Source of the DNA: a virus | DNA length: 64,000 nucleotides | Virus record (IMG/VR): IMGVR_UViG_3300043570_002257 | Location: 32,001-96,000 of that record | Direction: 5' to 3' (one strand) | Part shown: piece by piece, positions 1 through 8,883 of the stretch | How positions within the stretch are numbered: position 1 is the stretch's first letter | Layout of the letters: each line of letters opens with the position of its first letter | Translations under genes and position numbers: made by a program | The notes under the pieces: model-generated | The model's database searches: none | Told to the model about the DNA's origin: nothing | What the model saw: only the letters and a program-made list of their open reading frames with translations

Positions 1-9
1 TTAAAAGAA

Positions 10-1296
10 ATGATCTTATTACAATCAATTATCGAAGGCACAAGTTACCAAGTTAAAACTCTACCTAAACAATCTTTTGAAAAAACTTTGACACGTCACA
101 TTTGTGACTTCAAAATTACTTCTCCAATTGCAGAGTTTGCAAAATATCCATTAGGAACAATATTCATCACAGATGGATATGATTTTCCAGAAGATGACCA
201 TTTACACATTCGTAAAGAGAATGTTGTTGCTATGTTTTATGATAGCACAGTTTTTCCATTAGCACATTTAGAAAAAACTCGTTTGCAAGAAATGGCTGAA
301 TTTACTGTTAATTATATGATTGACAGTGAGTTCTATGGTATTGAAAAAGCAAAAGCAATGGCAGAACAATTTGCATCTTATGGTTATGAATATGACTGGG
401 ATACAATGATAGCTCCAAAACCTACAACAATAGGTGAATTACCTTCTGGTACAAATCTTAAACGTACTATTGCAGCAAACTACCCTGTACCTTCTGTTAA
501 TGATTGTGGTTTCCACATTGATCCAGATATGTGGTTCTTGCTTGTGAGAAATGTACTCAGAGGAGAAAACACTTTGTTAGTAGGACCAACAGGTTCTGGT
601 AAAACAGAAATTGTATCTCACCTTGCACTTGCAATGGAAAAACACATGTACATTCAAGACATGGGAACTGTTCAAGATGCTCAATCAGCATTACTTGGTG
701 TTCACCGTTTGAATAAAGAAGGTCACTCATCTTTTGAGTTTGCACCTTTTGTACATAACATTCAAGCAGGTGGTATCATGTTGTTAGATGAGTTGAATCG
801 TTCACCTCTTGCTGCAAATAATATCTTGTTTCCATGTTTGGACAAAAGACGTTACTTGCCAGTAGATATTGCATGTGAAGATTGTGATCGTAGAATTGCT
901 GTTAATGAGAACACTGTGTTCTTTGCAACTGCAAACCTTGGTTCTGAGTATTCAGGTACACATTCTATTGACCGTGCATTACTAGACAGATTCTTTCCTA
1001 TAGAACTTGATTACCCAATGGAAAAAGATGAGGTAAACATTATCAAATTACGCACTGGTATTGATGAAAAGTTTGCAACTGCAATTGTACGTGTATCTAA
1101 TGAGATACGCAAGCAATACAAAGAGCAAGAACTTTCAACTGCAGTTTCTGTTCGTCACACACTTCAAGCTGCAAGTCTTATTGCAGATGGTTTTGATGTA
1201 GACAAAGCATTACTTGCTACAATCATGCCTTTGTTTGAAGATGGTATTGGTGTTTCAGAACGTTCTAAAGTACTTTCTATTGTATCTGCATTTTAA
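10..1296 (+). CDS. MoxR/CbbQ/CobS-like AAA+ ATPase
   Basis: Walker A GPTGSGKT, Walker B MLLDELNR, ATAN sensor, DRALLDRF Arg-finger region; about 150-aa N-terminal extension; adjacent vWA gene. Confidence 0.9.
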   Translation: MILLQSIIEGTSYQVKTLPKQSFEKTLTRHICDFKITSPIAEFAKYPLGTIFITDGYDFPEDDHLHIRKENVVAMFYDSTVFPLAHLEKTRLQEMAEFTVNYMIDSEFYGIEKAKAMAEQFASYGYEYDWDTMIAPKPTTIGELPSGTNLKRTIAANYPVPSVNDCGFHIDPDMWFLLVRNVLRGENTLLVGPTGSGKTEIVSHLALAMEKHMYIQDMGTVQDAQSALLGVHRLNKEGHSSFEFAPFVHNIQAGGIMLLDELNRSPLAANNILFPCLDKRRYLPVDIACEDCDRRIAVNENTVFFATANLGSEYSGTHSIDRALLDRFFPIELDYPMEKDEVNIIKLRTGIDEKFATAIVRVSNEIRKQYKEQELSTAVSVRHTLQAASLIADGFDVDKALLATIMPLFEDGIGVSERSKVLSIVSAF

Positions 1297-1311
1297 GTTA
1301 AACAAAAATAT

Positions 1312-1339
1312 AAAGAGGGATGAAATACTCCCTCTTTTT
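1312..1339 (+). terminator. Hairpin with U-tract between the AAA and vWA genes
   Basis: aaagaggga-tgaaatac-tccctcttt followed by further T residues. Confidence 0.6.
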
Positions 1340-1351
1340 AAATAAATTCTC

Positions 1352-3229
1352 ATGAGCAAATTAATAAAAGATTGGTTTAACAGAAGAGCTGAAGACGCGT
1401 ACACATTCAATGATGAATCAAAACGTTTCTTCAACTGGGATAAAGATAGGAGTTCATACTCTTCATACTTTATCAGAAATGACGACTCACTAAAGGAAGC
1501 TTCTAAGATGATTGGCTCTATGTTTAGAGTGATTGGTGTACCTAAAACATTTAAGTACTCTAATGACATCCAAACAGGTAAAAGAGGCTATCGTGATGCT
1601 AAGGTTCAAGTACCTTTAAGCATGTTAAGAGATGAAGAAGGAAATTATCTTGACAGAGATGAAAAACTATTAGACGCTTTTTATGGTGCTGCTATTCAAA
1701 ATGCTGCTCTTGCAACTATGCAAACAACAAAAGAATATGAGAAAACCATGTTAATGCGTGATACTTCAAGTGGAGTAAGTGTAAAAGACTTGCTTGCAAG
1801 TGTACTAAACACAGAACGTATTGACAAAAAACTTGCAGACCGTCTTCCTGGTTATTTAAAGTTTGTTCAAAAATACAAAGAACATAGATTTGAAAACTAT
1901 GAAGGCCCTGGTGTAGAAGCACCAAAACAAAAACGCTTACTTGATCTTGTGGTAAAGATGTTACGCTATCCAGCTAACATTTCTGAAGAAGACATGGAAG
2001 ATTTTGGTGAACCTCTAAAAGCAATGGAGCGTATTCTTAAAAAACATGGTGGTATACCAAGTGACTTTGATAGTTGTGGCAGTATGGCAACAAGTTTGTC
2101 AAACATTGTATACAAATACACTGAAAAAGAAGAAGAACCTCCTGCAGGTGGTGGATCTGGTGAAGATGAATCTGATGATGGTGAATCTGAAGGTACAGGC
2201 ACTCCTACAAAAGCAACTCCTGAAATGAGTAAGGGAGAACTTAACGATTTTGCCAAAGAAATGATGGGTGCGTTAATTAATCCTGAAGAAGGTCCTTCTG
2301 GTAGTGATGACTTTAAGAATGAGTTTGAAGAATTTGTAGATGATATGTCTGAAACAACTCCAACTCCTCCAAGTTCTGATATTAACTGGGATGATGAAGG
2401 TGAAACCTCTCAAGGAAAACTTAACTGGAAAAAAGCTGTAGTAAATGAACATTCTAAAATTAGATACAGAAATGCTATAACAAAAATTGACACAACAAAA
2501 GCTGCTGTGTTACAAAAGTTGTTTGCTCGCAAGAGTAAAAACTATGAATTTAGCATGAAGTCTATGCGTTCAGGACGTTTGGATACAAATAAAATTGCAG
2601 AAGCTGCTCAACAAGTTCCTACTATATATGAAAGATTTGGTCAAGTAACAACAAGCAAAGTTTGCGTTGGTGTTCTTATTGATGAATCTGGATCTATGGG
2701 AGGTACTAAAATAGAAAAAGCAAGAGAAGCTGCAATTTTTATTAATGAAGTATTCAAGAAAATGCCTGATGTAGAACTATTTATTTATGGTCACACTGCA
2801 GATTTAAAAAGTGGAGAGTCTGTTGACATGACAGTGTATCGTGAGAAAGGATTCATCACTGATTCATTTTCTCTTGGTTCTGTTATACAACAAGCTAATA
2901 ATAGAGATGGTGATGCTATATTTGCAACAGCAAAACGTATGCGTAGTCAAACAGAAAATCAAGGATTACTTATTGTAATATCAGATGGTGCTCCAAGTGC
3001 TGTGGGTTATGGAGGACGTAGTGCAATTGAAGATACACGTAAAAAAGTTACGCGTGCTCAATCATTAGGTTTTCAAGTAATTCAGATTGCAATTGAAGAA
3101 CATGTTCCTTCTAAAGAGATGTTTGATTACTATATTCAAATGACAGATATTAGAAATCTTCCAAAAGATTTAGTAAATTACATGTCTAAGAAAGTAGATA
3201 AGCTTATCAAAGAAAAGATTACTATTTAA
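1352..3229 (+). CDS. vWA (MIDAS) domain protein, CobT-like partner of the AAA+ ATPase
   Basis: VLIDESGSM (DxSxS), ISDGAP, RSGRLD motif, acidic low-complexity linker. Confidence 0.88.
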   Translation: MSKLIKDWFNRRAEDAYTFNDESKRFFNWDKDRSSYSSYFIRNDDSLKEASKMIGSMFRVIGVPKTFKYSNDIQTGKRGYRDAKVQVPLSMLRDEEGNYLDRDEKLLDAFYGAAIQNAALATMQTTKEYEKTMLMRDTSSGVSVKDLLASVLNTERIDKKLADRLPGYLKFVQKYKEHRFENYEGPGVEAPKQKRLLDLVVKMLRYPANISEEDMEDFGEPLKAMERILKKHGGIPSDFDSCGSMATSLSNIVYKYTEKEEEPPAGGGSGEDESDDGESEGTGTPTKATPEMSKGELNDFAKEMMGALINPEEGPSGSDDFKNEFEEFVDDMSETTPTPPSSDINWDDEGETSQGKLNWKKAVVNEHSKIRYRNAITKIDTTKAAVLQKLFARKSKNYEFSMKSMRSGRLDTNKIAEAAQQVPTIYERFGQVTTSKVCVGVLIDESGSMGGTKIEKAREAAIFINEVFKKMPDVELFIYGHTADLKSGESVDMTVYREKGFITDSFSLGSVIQQANNRDGDAIFATAKRMRSQTENQGLLIVISDGAPSAVGYGGRSAIEDTRKKVTRAQSLGFQVIQIAIEEHVPSKEMFDYYIQMTDIRNLPKDLVNYMSKKVDKLIKEKITI

Positions 3230-3235
3230 CATTAT

Positions 3236-3261
3236 TCCAGGTGGTAGAAATATCACCTGGA
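3236..3261 (+). terminator. GAAA-loop hairpin after the vWA gene
   Basis: tccaggtggta-gaaa-tatcacctgga. Confidence 0.6.
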
Positions 3262-3279
3262 TTTACTTAACTTAAAATC

Positions 3280-3465
3280 ATGGCAAAGTCAAAAAAAGAA
3301 GAATCATCAGAAGTTGAGTACACAGTTGGACAAATTGTAAGGCACACTAAGTTTGGTAAAGGAGAAGTACTAAATGTTACAGCAGATGAATCTATCAAGG
3401 TACAATTTGGTAGACGTCAAGTAACACTATTGTTAAAGTACAATAAAACCACATTGTCATTTTAA
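3280..3465 (+). CDS. Stand-alone Tudor-like domain resembling the PcrA/UvrD C-terminal domain
   Basis: VGQIVRHTKFGKGEV...IKVQFG...LLLKY pattern. Confidence 0.6.
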   Translation: MAKSKKEESSEVEYTVGQIVRHTKFGKGEVLNVTADESIKVQFGRRQVTLLLKYNKTTLSF

Positions 3466-3651
3466 AACCAATAAGTAAAAATGATAGAAGCCAATGACAA
3501 TCAAGGTTTTATGAGCATAAAAGTCCAGTTTTTTAAGGAATAAACTGGACAAAGTGCATGAAACGTTACTAAAAATTTATACAAACATTTAACAAGCACC
3601 AATAAAACATTTAACAAAACCTTTCGGTGGTAGGTAAACCCAATTAAAACT

Positions 3652-4068
3652 ATGAAAACAGAAATCAAAATCACAGACTTAGAAAATGTTGAATTTCCTA
3701 TTATTATCAAGGATAAAAGAGGGAATATAATTTATAAACAATATGAAAATGGTGGTTGGTATAAATACACCTACGATAAAAATGGTAATGAATTAACCTT
3801 TAAAGATTCAAATGGTGATTGGTATGAATGTACATACAATGAAAATGGTAATGAATTAACCTTTAAAAATTCAGATGGTTTTTGGAGGGAATCTACTTAT
3901 GATGATGAAGGTAAAGAATTAACTTGTAAAAATTCATTGGGTTATTACAAAATTAAAGGCAAAGAGGTTACCAAAGAGGAATTTGAAGCTTTTGTAAATG
4001 GTACTACTGAATACACAATGGAAGAACTGGTTGCTAAACTTGGACACAACTTTAAAATTAAGAAGTAA
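3652..4068 (+). CDS. Short-repeat (YD-like) protein
   Basis: Three to four repeats of about 20 aa, YxYDxNGNELTFKxSxG. Confidence 0.7.
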   Translation: MKTEIKITDLENVEFPIIIKDKRGNIIYKQYENGGWYKYTYDKNGNELTFKDSNGDWYECTYNENGNELTFKNSDGFWRESTYDDEGKELTCKNSLGYYKIKGKEVTKEEFEAFVNGTTEYTMEELVAKLGHNFKIKK

Positions 4069-4081
4069 TTAAACTAAAAAT

Positions 4082-4349
4082 CTTTAAACAACAAACAAAA
4101 TGACACCAAAAGAAAAAGCAAAAGAATTAGTTGATAAGTTTTATCAAAGATTTCCATTAAAAATGAATGTAATTACAAGAAAAGGAGATTTATCTTGGGA
4201 ATATGATAATTGGGAAGAAGCCAAACAATGTGCATTAATAGCAGTTGATGAAATAATAGAAGCAGGTAAAGATGTTGATGAATTTGCAAATGCATATTGG
4301 TATAAAGTTAAAGCAGAAATTGATAACCTTTAAACAACAAACAAAATGA
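4082..4349 (+). repeat. 22-bp exact direct repeat flanking one small gene
   Basis: ctttaaacaacaaacaaaatga at 4082-4103 and 4328-4349; each copy includes a start codon. Confidence 0.9.
4100..4333 (+). CDS. Hypothetical phage protein (MTPKEKAKEL...AKQCALIAVDEI type)
   Basis: ORF with A-rich leader; N-terminal pattern typical of small Bacteroidota phage proteins. Confidence 0.7.
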   Translation: MTPKEKAKELVDKFYQRFPLKMNVITRKGDLSWEYDNWEEAKQCALIAVDEIIEAGKDVDEFANAYWYKVKAEIDNL

Positions 4350-4570
4350 AAGAATTAGAAATTCAAGAGACAAAAGCAACTGAAATTGCAATACCAAATA
4401 AAATAACATTGTATTGTTGTGTTTACTTCAATGACAATGGTATATTGTTTGCCAATTCACCTACAGAAGATAAAAGATATCAAGAGCAATACGCATTTAG
4501 TATGGGTAAAAATGTAGGAACATTAAGTATTTATAAGTTTGAAGTAGATGCACCTAAAATTAATTCTTGA
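4346..4570 (+). CDS. Hypothetical protein
   Basis: ORF with the duplicated leader. Confidence 0.6.
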   Translation: MKELEIQETKATEIAIPNKITLYCCVYFNDNGILFANSPTEDKRYQEQYAFSMGKNVGTLSIYKFEVDAPKINS

Positions 4571-4602
4571 ACAATACTACAACAAAACATTTGGAGGTAA
4601 AG

Positions 4603-4809
4603 ATGAGCAATAAACAAACAGCAGTAGAATGGATAGAAGATAAAATACAATCTGATATGACATTTATTGAAATTCTTGGGTTAATAAGACAAGCCAAAGA
4701 AATGCACAAACAAGAGGTAACTGATGCTTGGGAAGATGGACATGATTCTTTCTCAACAAGGAATGCAGAACAATATTACAAAGAAACATTTAATGTAGAA
4801 CCAACATGA
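4603..4809 (+). CDS. Hypothetical phage protein (KQTAVEW...AEQYYKETF type)
   Basis: ORF 4567-4809; likely ATG start at MSNKQTAVEW. Confidence 0.65.
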   Translation: MSNKQTAVEWIEDKIQSDMTFIEILGLIRQAKEMHKQEVTDAWEDGHDSFSTRNAEQYYKETFNVEPT

Positions 4810-4883
4810 TAACATTTTTATTAATAGTATTGGTATTGTACTTAGTTTCAATCCATAACACACTTCAAAAATTTAAAAAATAA
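4806..4883 (+). CDS. 25-aa single-TM micropeptide (absent from ORF track)
   Basis: MITFLLIVLVLYLVSIHNTLQKFKK; ATGA overlap with the upstream stop. Confidence 0.5.
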   Translation: MITFLLIVLVLYLVSIHNTLQKFKK

Positions 4884-4886
4884 ACA

Positions 4887-5015
4887 ATGACAAAAGAACT
4901 AAGATTGTGGTTAACATCTTTGTTAATCAAATGGGCTATGAATATATGTCCTGAAGGTAGTTTTAAAAGTGCACCTTATCTATTTGTAAAATACAACATA
5001 ACTAATTTAAAATAG
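4887..5015 (+). CDS. 42-aa small protein (absent from ORF track)
   Basis: MTKELRLWLTSLLIKWAMNICPEGSFK...; fills the gap between genes. Confidence 0.5.
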   Translation: MTKELRLWLTSLLIKWAMNICPEGSFKSAPYLFVKYNITNLK

Positions 5016-5022
5016 TAATATT

Positions 5023-5232
5023 ATGAATTTACATCAAGTTAAAGCAAATGAACAGTTTTTTAACACTATTTTAAATAGTGTTGATGAGTATGGAATTTGG
5101 TGTTGGAAAGATAAAAATCTTATCTATAAAAAAGTAGGTAACAAACTTACAGCCAACTCAGAAGATTTAGCATACATAAAAGAACTTGTTTCAAATGAAT
5201 ATTTTGAGAATAATTTTGTAACATCAACCTAA
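5023..5232 (+). CDS. Hypothetical protein
   Basis: ORF in a tightly packed array. Confidence 0.65.
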   Translation: MNLHQVKANEQFFNTILNSVDEYGIWCWKDKNLIYKKVGNKLTANSEDLAYIKELVSNEYFENNFVTST

Positions 5233-5237
5233 AAGAA

Positions 5238-5633
5238 ATGGAAGAAATAAAACAATTAGTTTACAACTCTGTGACTTGTCAAGAGTGTAATGAAACTATT
5301 GTAAGTTACAATAGACATGACTACAAAACATGTTCTTGTCCTAATGAAGCAATGGTAGATGGTGGCACTGACTATCTTAGGTATGGTGCAGCAGATATGA
5401 CAAAAATTAAAATCTTTGCTGTTTATACAGATGATGATTTTGAACTTGTACGCAAGTACGCTACACGTGGAGGAAGAGGTATTGATGGTAAACAACCATT
5501 AACTTATGTTCCTTTATGTGAAATGAATGATGACTGGTTAGAAGCTGTATTAGATTACGGTGGTGCTAACTGGCATGTTGATCTTATTAAAAAAGAAATT
5601 AAATACAGAAAAGACCATGGCAGAACTGCATGA
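5238..5633 (+). CDS. Zn-ribbon-like phage protein
   Basis: CQEC...HDYKTCSC...VDGG..YLR pattern. Confidence 0.7.
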   Translation: MEEIKQLVYNSVTCQECNETIVSYNRHDYKTCSCPNEAMVDGGTDYLRYGAADMTKIKIFAVYTDDDFELVRKYATRGGRGIDGKQPLTYVPLCEMNDDWLEAVLDYGGANWHVDLIKKEIKYRKDHGRTA

Positions 5634-5853
5634 AACATTGATGGGAAGAAAACTTATTGAGCAAGTAATTCCAGATATTGCTGACAATCTTGCTAAGATT
5701 GCAACAGCAATGGAACAACAAACAAAAATCTTTACAGAAAGTGCTATCCAAGTATCTATTTGTTTCTATGAAGATGATGATGGCAAAAAAGTCTATGATA
5801 TTGATCATATGGAAGAAGAATTTTATCAAAAGTTAAAAGAACTTGAATCATGA
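5617..5853 (+). CDS. Hypothetical phage protein
   Basis: Likely start MAELHETLMGRKL within ORF 5560-5853. Confidence 0.6.
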   Translation: MAELHETLMGRKLIEQVIPDIADNLAKIATAMEQQTKIFTESAIQVSICFYEDDDGKKVYDIDHMEEEFYQKLKELES

Positions 5854-6296
5854 AAAAAGTATTAATTGGACATGTTGGTGTTGACTCAGGTCAGTTACTA
5901 TTATGTGATCCCTGCAACATTGATTCTCAATGGAAAGAAGAAGAGTTTATAGATATCAGAATCTATGAACATGTGACAACAAAAGAAAAGCTACAATATA
6001 GAGTAGACTTTCCTCATTATGAACAAGAAATACCAAAATATGGTAAAACAATGAATGAGTTGATTAGTACAGGTGAATGGAAACAATTTGACGTAAGTGA
6101 TTCAGCACAACATTCATTTAGTTACAACTCTTGTTGTCTTGCTACTTTGTCTGAAAAACGCAATGGTCAGTTACACAATGAATTTGGTCATGAAGTTGGA
6201 GTGGCTTTTTCAACAGCATGTGGTGATGGTGCGTATCCTGTATATGCAATGTATAGCAATGACGGAATTTTAAAATCTGTAACTGTAGAATTCTAA
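5850..6296 (+). CDS. DUF4241-like protein
   Basis: VGVDSGQLLLCDP and TACGDGAYPVY motifs. Confidence 0.6.
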   Translation: MKKVLIGHVGVDSGQLLLCDPCNIDSQWKEEEFIDIRIYEHVTTKEKLQYRVDFPHYEQEIPKYGKTMNELISTGEWKQFDVSDSAQHSFSYNSCCLATLSEKRNGQLHNEFGHEVGVAFSTACGDGAYPVYAMYSNDGILKSVTVEF

Positions 6297-6299
6297 CTT

Positions 6300-6551
6300 A
6301 TGAAAGATTTAAAAATAAACAAAAAACCATTCAGCGAAACAAAACATTATTCTGGTACTTACACTTGTGACTGTTCTCAGTGGGAAGATGAATTACAAGA
6401 AGATGTTTATGAATTTACTCTTATAGTAAACATTGACAATGAAAATGAATCAACATCAATAGAAGAAATCATATGGGTTGGTAAACAACCACGTGATTTA
6501 GATGGAGCTGAAGATTATGTAAAAGAAAACTTTTTTGAACTTATTAATTAA
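6300..6551 (+). CDS. Acidic hypothetical protein
   Basis: ORF. Confidence 0.6.
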   Translation: MKDLKINKKPFSETKHYSGTYTCDCSQWEDELQEDVYEFTLIVNIDNENESTSIEEIIWVGKQPRDLDGAEDYVKENFFELIN

Positions 6552-6556
6552 TTATT

Positions 6557-6874
6557 ATGGAACCTTTAGATGAATTTTTAGAGAAAATAGATTCTCCAGT
6601 ACAACAAGAACTAATTGAAGAAAGATACAGATTTGCTCATCCATACATTGATCATGAAGGAAGAGAACAAACTTCTAGTGTAGAATTACATATAGACTTT
6701 GAAGCTCAAACTTTTAAAGTATATCCAGGTGATGGTAGAGGTGAATTTGGTTTTGTTTCAGGTTCTCACAGATTTAATATGTGGCTTGCAACTACAAAAT
6801 GTTTAACAGCTGCTATTGAATTTGCAGTAAAATCTTTAAATCTTGTAACAGATGAGTCATCCTTTACATCATAG
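6557..6874 (+). CDS. Hypothetical protein
   Basis: ORF. Confidence 0.6.
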   Translation: MEPLDEFLEKIDSPVQQELIEERYRFAHPYIDHEGREQTSSVELHIDFEAQTFKVYPGDGRGEFGFVSGSHRFNMWLATTKCLTAAIEFAVKSLNLVTDESSFTS

Positions 6875-7250
6875 TATTTCAAGCCAAAAGAAATGGGGTG
6901 GGCATGTAGATGACTACTTGCCTATCCATAATTGGTTTGATGAAACTAAAATGCACTATCCTGATATGAGGCATAGAGCATTAAGACATCACTCAGAAGG
7001 AATCTTCTGGTGTGAACATGAATTTGGCACATATATCACTAACTCAGAAGGACGTATGGTTCCTGTAAGAGCAATTGGTGAACAACATTGTATGGAAGAC
7101 CTTGGTTGGATTCCAACAATTAAAGATTATCTAGATCACATGGAGGTTCAAGGTTGGATGTTTAAACCAGGTGATGGAAGAAAAATGTTAAAAGAAATGT
7201 CAAAAGACAAATCTGATTTTGTAAAAAAAGATAAATCAAAAGAATCATGA
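6852..7250 (+). CDS. His-rich conserved protein (DUF6915-like)
   Basis: HPLHHSISSQKKWGG...IHNWFDETK...RHRALRHHSEGIF...EQHCMEDLG. Confidence 0.75.
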   Translation: MSHPLHHSISSQKKWGGHVDDYLPIHNWFDETKMHYPDMRHRALRHHSEGIFWCEHEFGTYITNSEGRMVPVRAIGEQHCMEDLGWIPTIKDYLDHMEVQGWMFKPGDGRKMLKEMSKDKSDFVKKDKSKES

Positions 7251-7933
7251 GTGAAGAAAAAGAAATCACAATCAAACAAATCCTTGACTGGTGTTTAAAG
7301 AAAACACAAGAAGGTTCTGAAGTTATCCTAAAATGGGATGGTGGAGGAGATTCAGGATGGGTTCATCTTGAAGTAGATGAAGAAGACAGTAGTGATCCTG
7401 AAGCAGAAAAGCTTATAGACATGATGTATGACCAACTTGACTATGGTTCATGGGCTGGTGAATTCTCTGCATCTGGTGAAGCTTCGTTTGATCCTGAAAC
7501 ACAAATGTTTCAAGGTACTGACTATTACACAGAAAATGATTCACAAAGTGTAGAAACAAATATTGAAATTAGAATTCCAAAACACATTCATTTTAGTGAT
7601 TTAGAAATTCATACAGAAGATCTAGACTGTACTGTTACTGTTACTTTTGGTATTAGAAATGGTTTTGACCATCCTGATGCAAAAGATTTAGCTACACAAT
7701 TAGAAGAAAGACTTTCAACAGAATTTATAGAAGCTGCTAAGGATGACGTAGATGATGAAAGTAATATTGAAGGATTCTATGAAACATATAATTTATTTAG
7801 ATCTGATTTTACAGAAGACGGTGATGACCTTGTATATATTATGAAAGAAATATTATATAATAAAAGTTTTACCACTGAAAACTATGTAGAGATTAATTTA
7901 CAAGAACTTTTAGAAGAAGAAGAAGCTGAATAA
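7247..7933 (+). CDS. Acidic protein (DUF6878-like N-terminus)
   Basis: WDGGGDSG motif; ATGA coupling to the upstream gene. Confidence 0.65.
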   Translation: MSEEKEITIKQILDWCLKKTQEGSEVILKWDGGGDSGWVHLEVDEEDSSDPEAEKLIDMMYDQLDYGSWAGEFSASGEASFDPETQMFQGTDYYTENDSQSVETNIEIRIPKHIHFSDLEIHTEDLDCTVTVTFGIRNGFDHPDAKDLATQLEERLSTEFIEAAKDDVDDESNIEGFYETYNLFRSDFTEDGDDLVYIMKEILYNKSFTTENYVEINLQELLEEEEAE

Positions 7934-7935
7934 CC

Positions 7936-8637
7936 ATGAACTATCAAGAACTAAAGTACACAGTAGAGAACCAATCTGGTGTCTCTTATGAAAATGCATT
8001 GATTCTATGGAAAACAATGTACAAAGACTTCAATGATTTTTTGACAAATGTAATCATTTATGATTCTATGAAAGATTTTGGTGATCATTGTGCATCAGTC
8101 TGGAAAAACGTAGAAGTTGCAACAGCTCAAGATGCTTTTAGCCAAGAAAATCTAGAAATACGTAGGTTATTCTTCAGAGCTATTGGTATTGAAAAAATGT
8201 TTCAAGAACTTGACCCTGAACTTATTGCTGAAGAAACTATTGTATTTAACAATTCTGTTTGGAATGATAAAGACAAAAGTATGGATGTAAAAATTATTCA
8301 TGATAAGTATGAATTATACAAAATCAAAGGTGATAAGTTATTTCCAGAAGAAAAGTCTGAATGGCGTAGAGCTAATGCAGATATCTATGCTGTACGTTGC
8401 TGGTGTACAACCACAGGACGTGAGTATTGGATTTATGTACCAAAAAATGTTGGTGAAAAGAAAGATGCAATTGAAGCAATTGCTTGGACTTTTCAGTTAA
8501 ACATCTCTGACCCTGAAGCATTGTATCGTCAAGGTGATATCATTATTGCTCAAGCAGGTGTTAATTCAAAAGAATTATCGCGTCCTTATCATTTGGATAA
8601 AGATACATACTTAAAACTTTTAAAAGTACAATCATAA
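7936..8637 (+). CDS. DUF6745-like protein
   Basis: NLEIRR...CTTTGREYWIYVP...AIEAIAWTF...RQGD. Confidence 0.65.
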   Translation: MNYQELKYTVENQSGVSYENALILWKTMYKDFNDFLTNVIIYDSMKDFGDHCASVWKNVEVATAQDAFSQENLEIRRLFFRAIGIEKMFQELDPELIAEETIVFNNSVWNDKDKSMDVKIIHDKYELYKIKGDKLFPEEKSEWRRANADIYAVRCWCTTTGREYWIYVPKNVGEKKDAIEAIAWTFQLNISDPEALYRQGDIIIAQAGVNSKELSRPYHLDKDTYLKLLKVQS

Positions 8638-8882
8638 TGGCAAAAACAAATTGTCATGACTGCATTCACTCAAGAAGTAATTCATTCATGAACTCTGCAC
8701 ACATACACTGTGCTATGTACTGGAAGTATTATAAGAAAAACAAATCATCTCATCCTAAAGGTACAGAACATGCTGTAAAAAATGGATGGTGGGATTTTCC
8801 TTATGATTTTGACCCAGTATGGATGACAGAAGACTGTAGAGAGTATAAAGAAAAAGAACAAGTACCTGAATCAAAATTGTAA
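8637..8882 (+). CDS. Cys/His-rich small protein
   Basis: CHDC...HIHC...GWWDFPYDFDPVW...C. Confidence 0.65.
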   Translation: MAKTNCHDCIHSRSNSFMNSAHIHCAMYWKYYKKNKSSHPKGTEHAVKNGWWDFPYDFDPVWMTEDCREYKEKEQVPESKL

Positions 8883-8883
8883 C

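Noticed and set aside
10-3229. Cobaltochelatase CobS/CobT as auxiliary cobalamin genes
   Set aside because: No CobN or other cobalamin genes are present; a generic MoxR/vWA pair is more parsimonious
3652-4349. CRISPR or mini-array
   Set aside because: The repeats are coding or present in only two copies, without spacer-sized regular spacing
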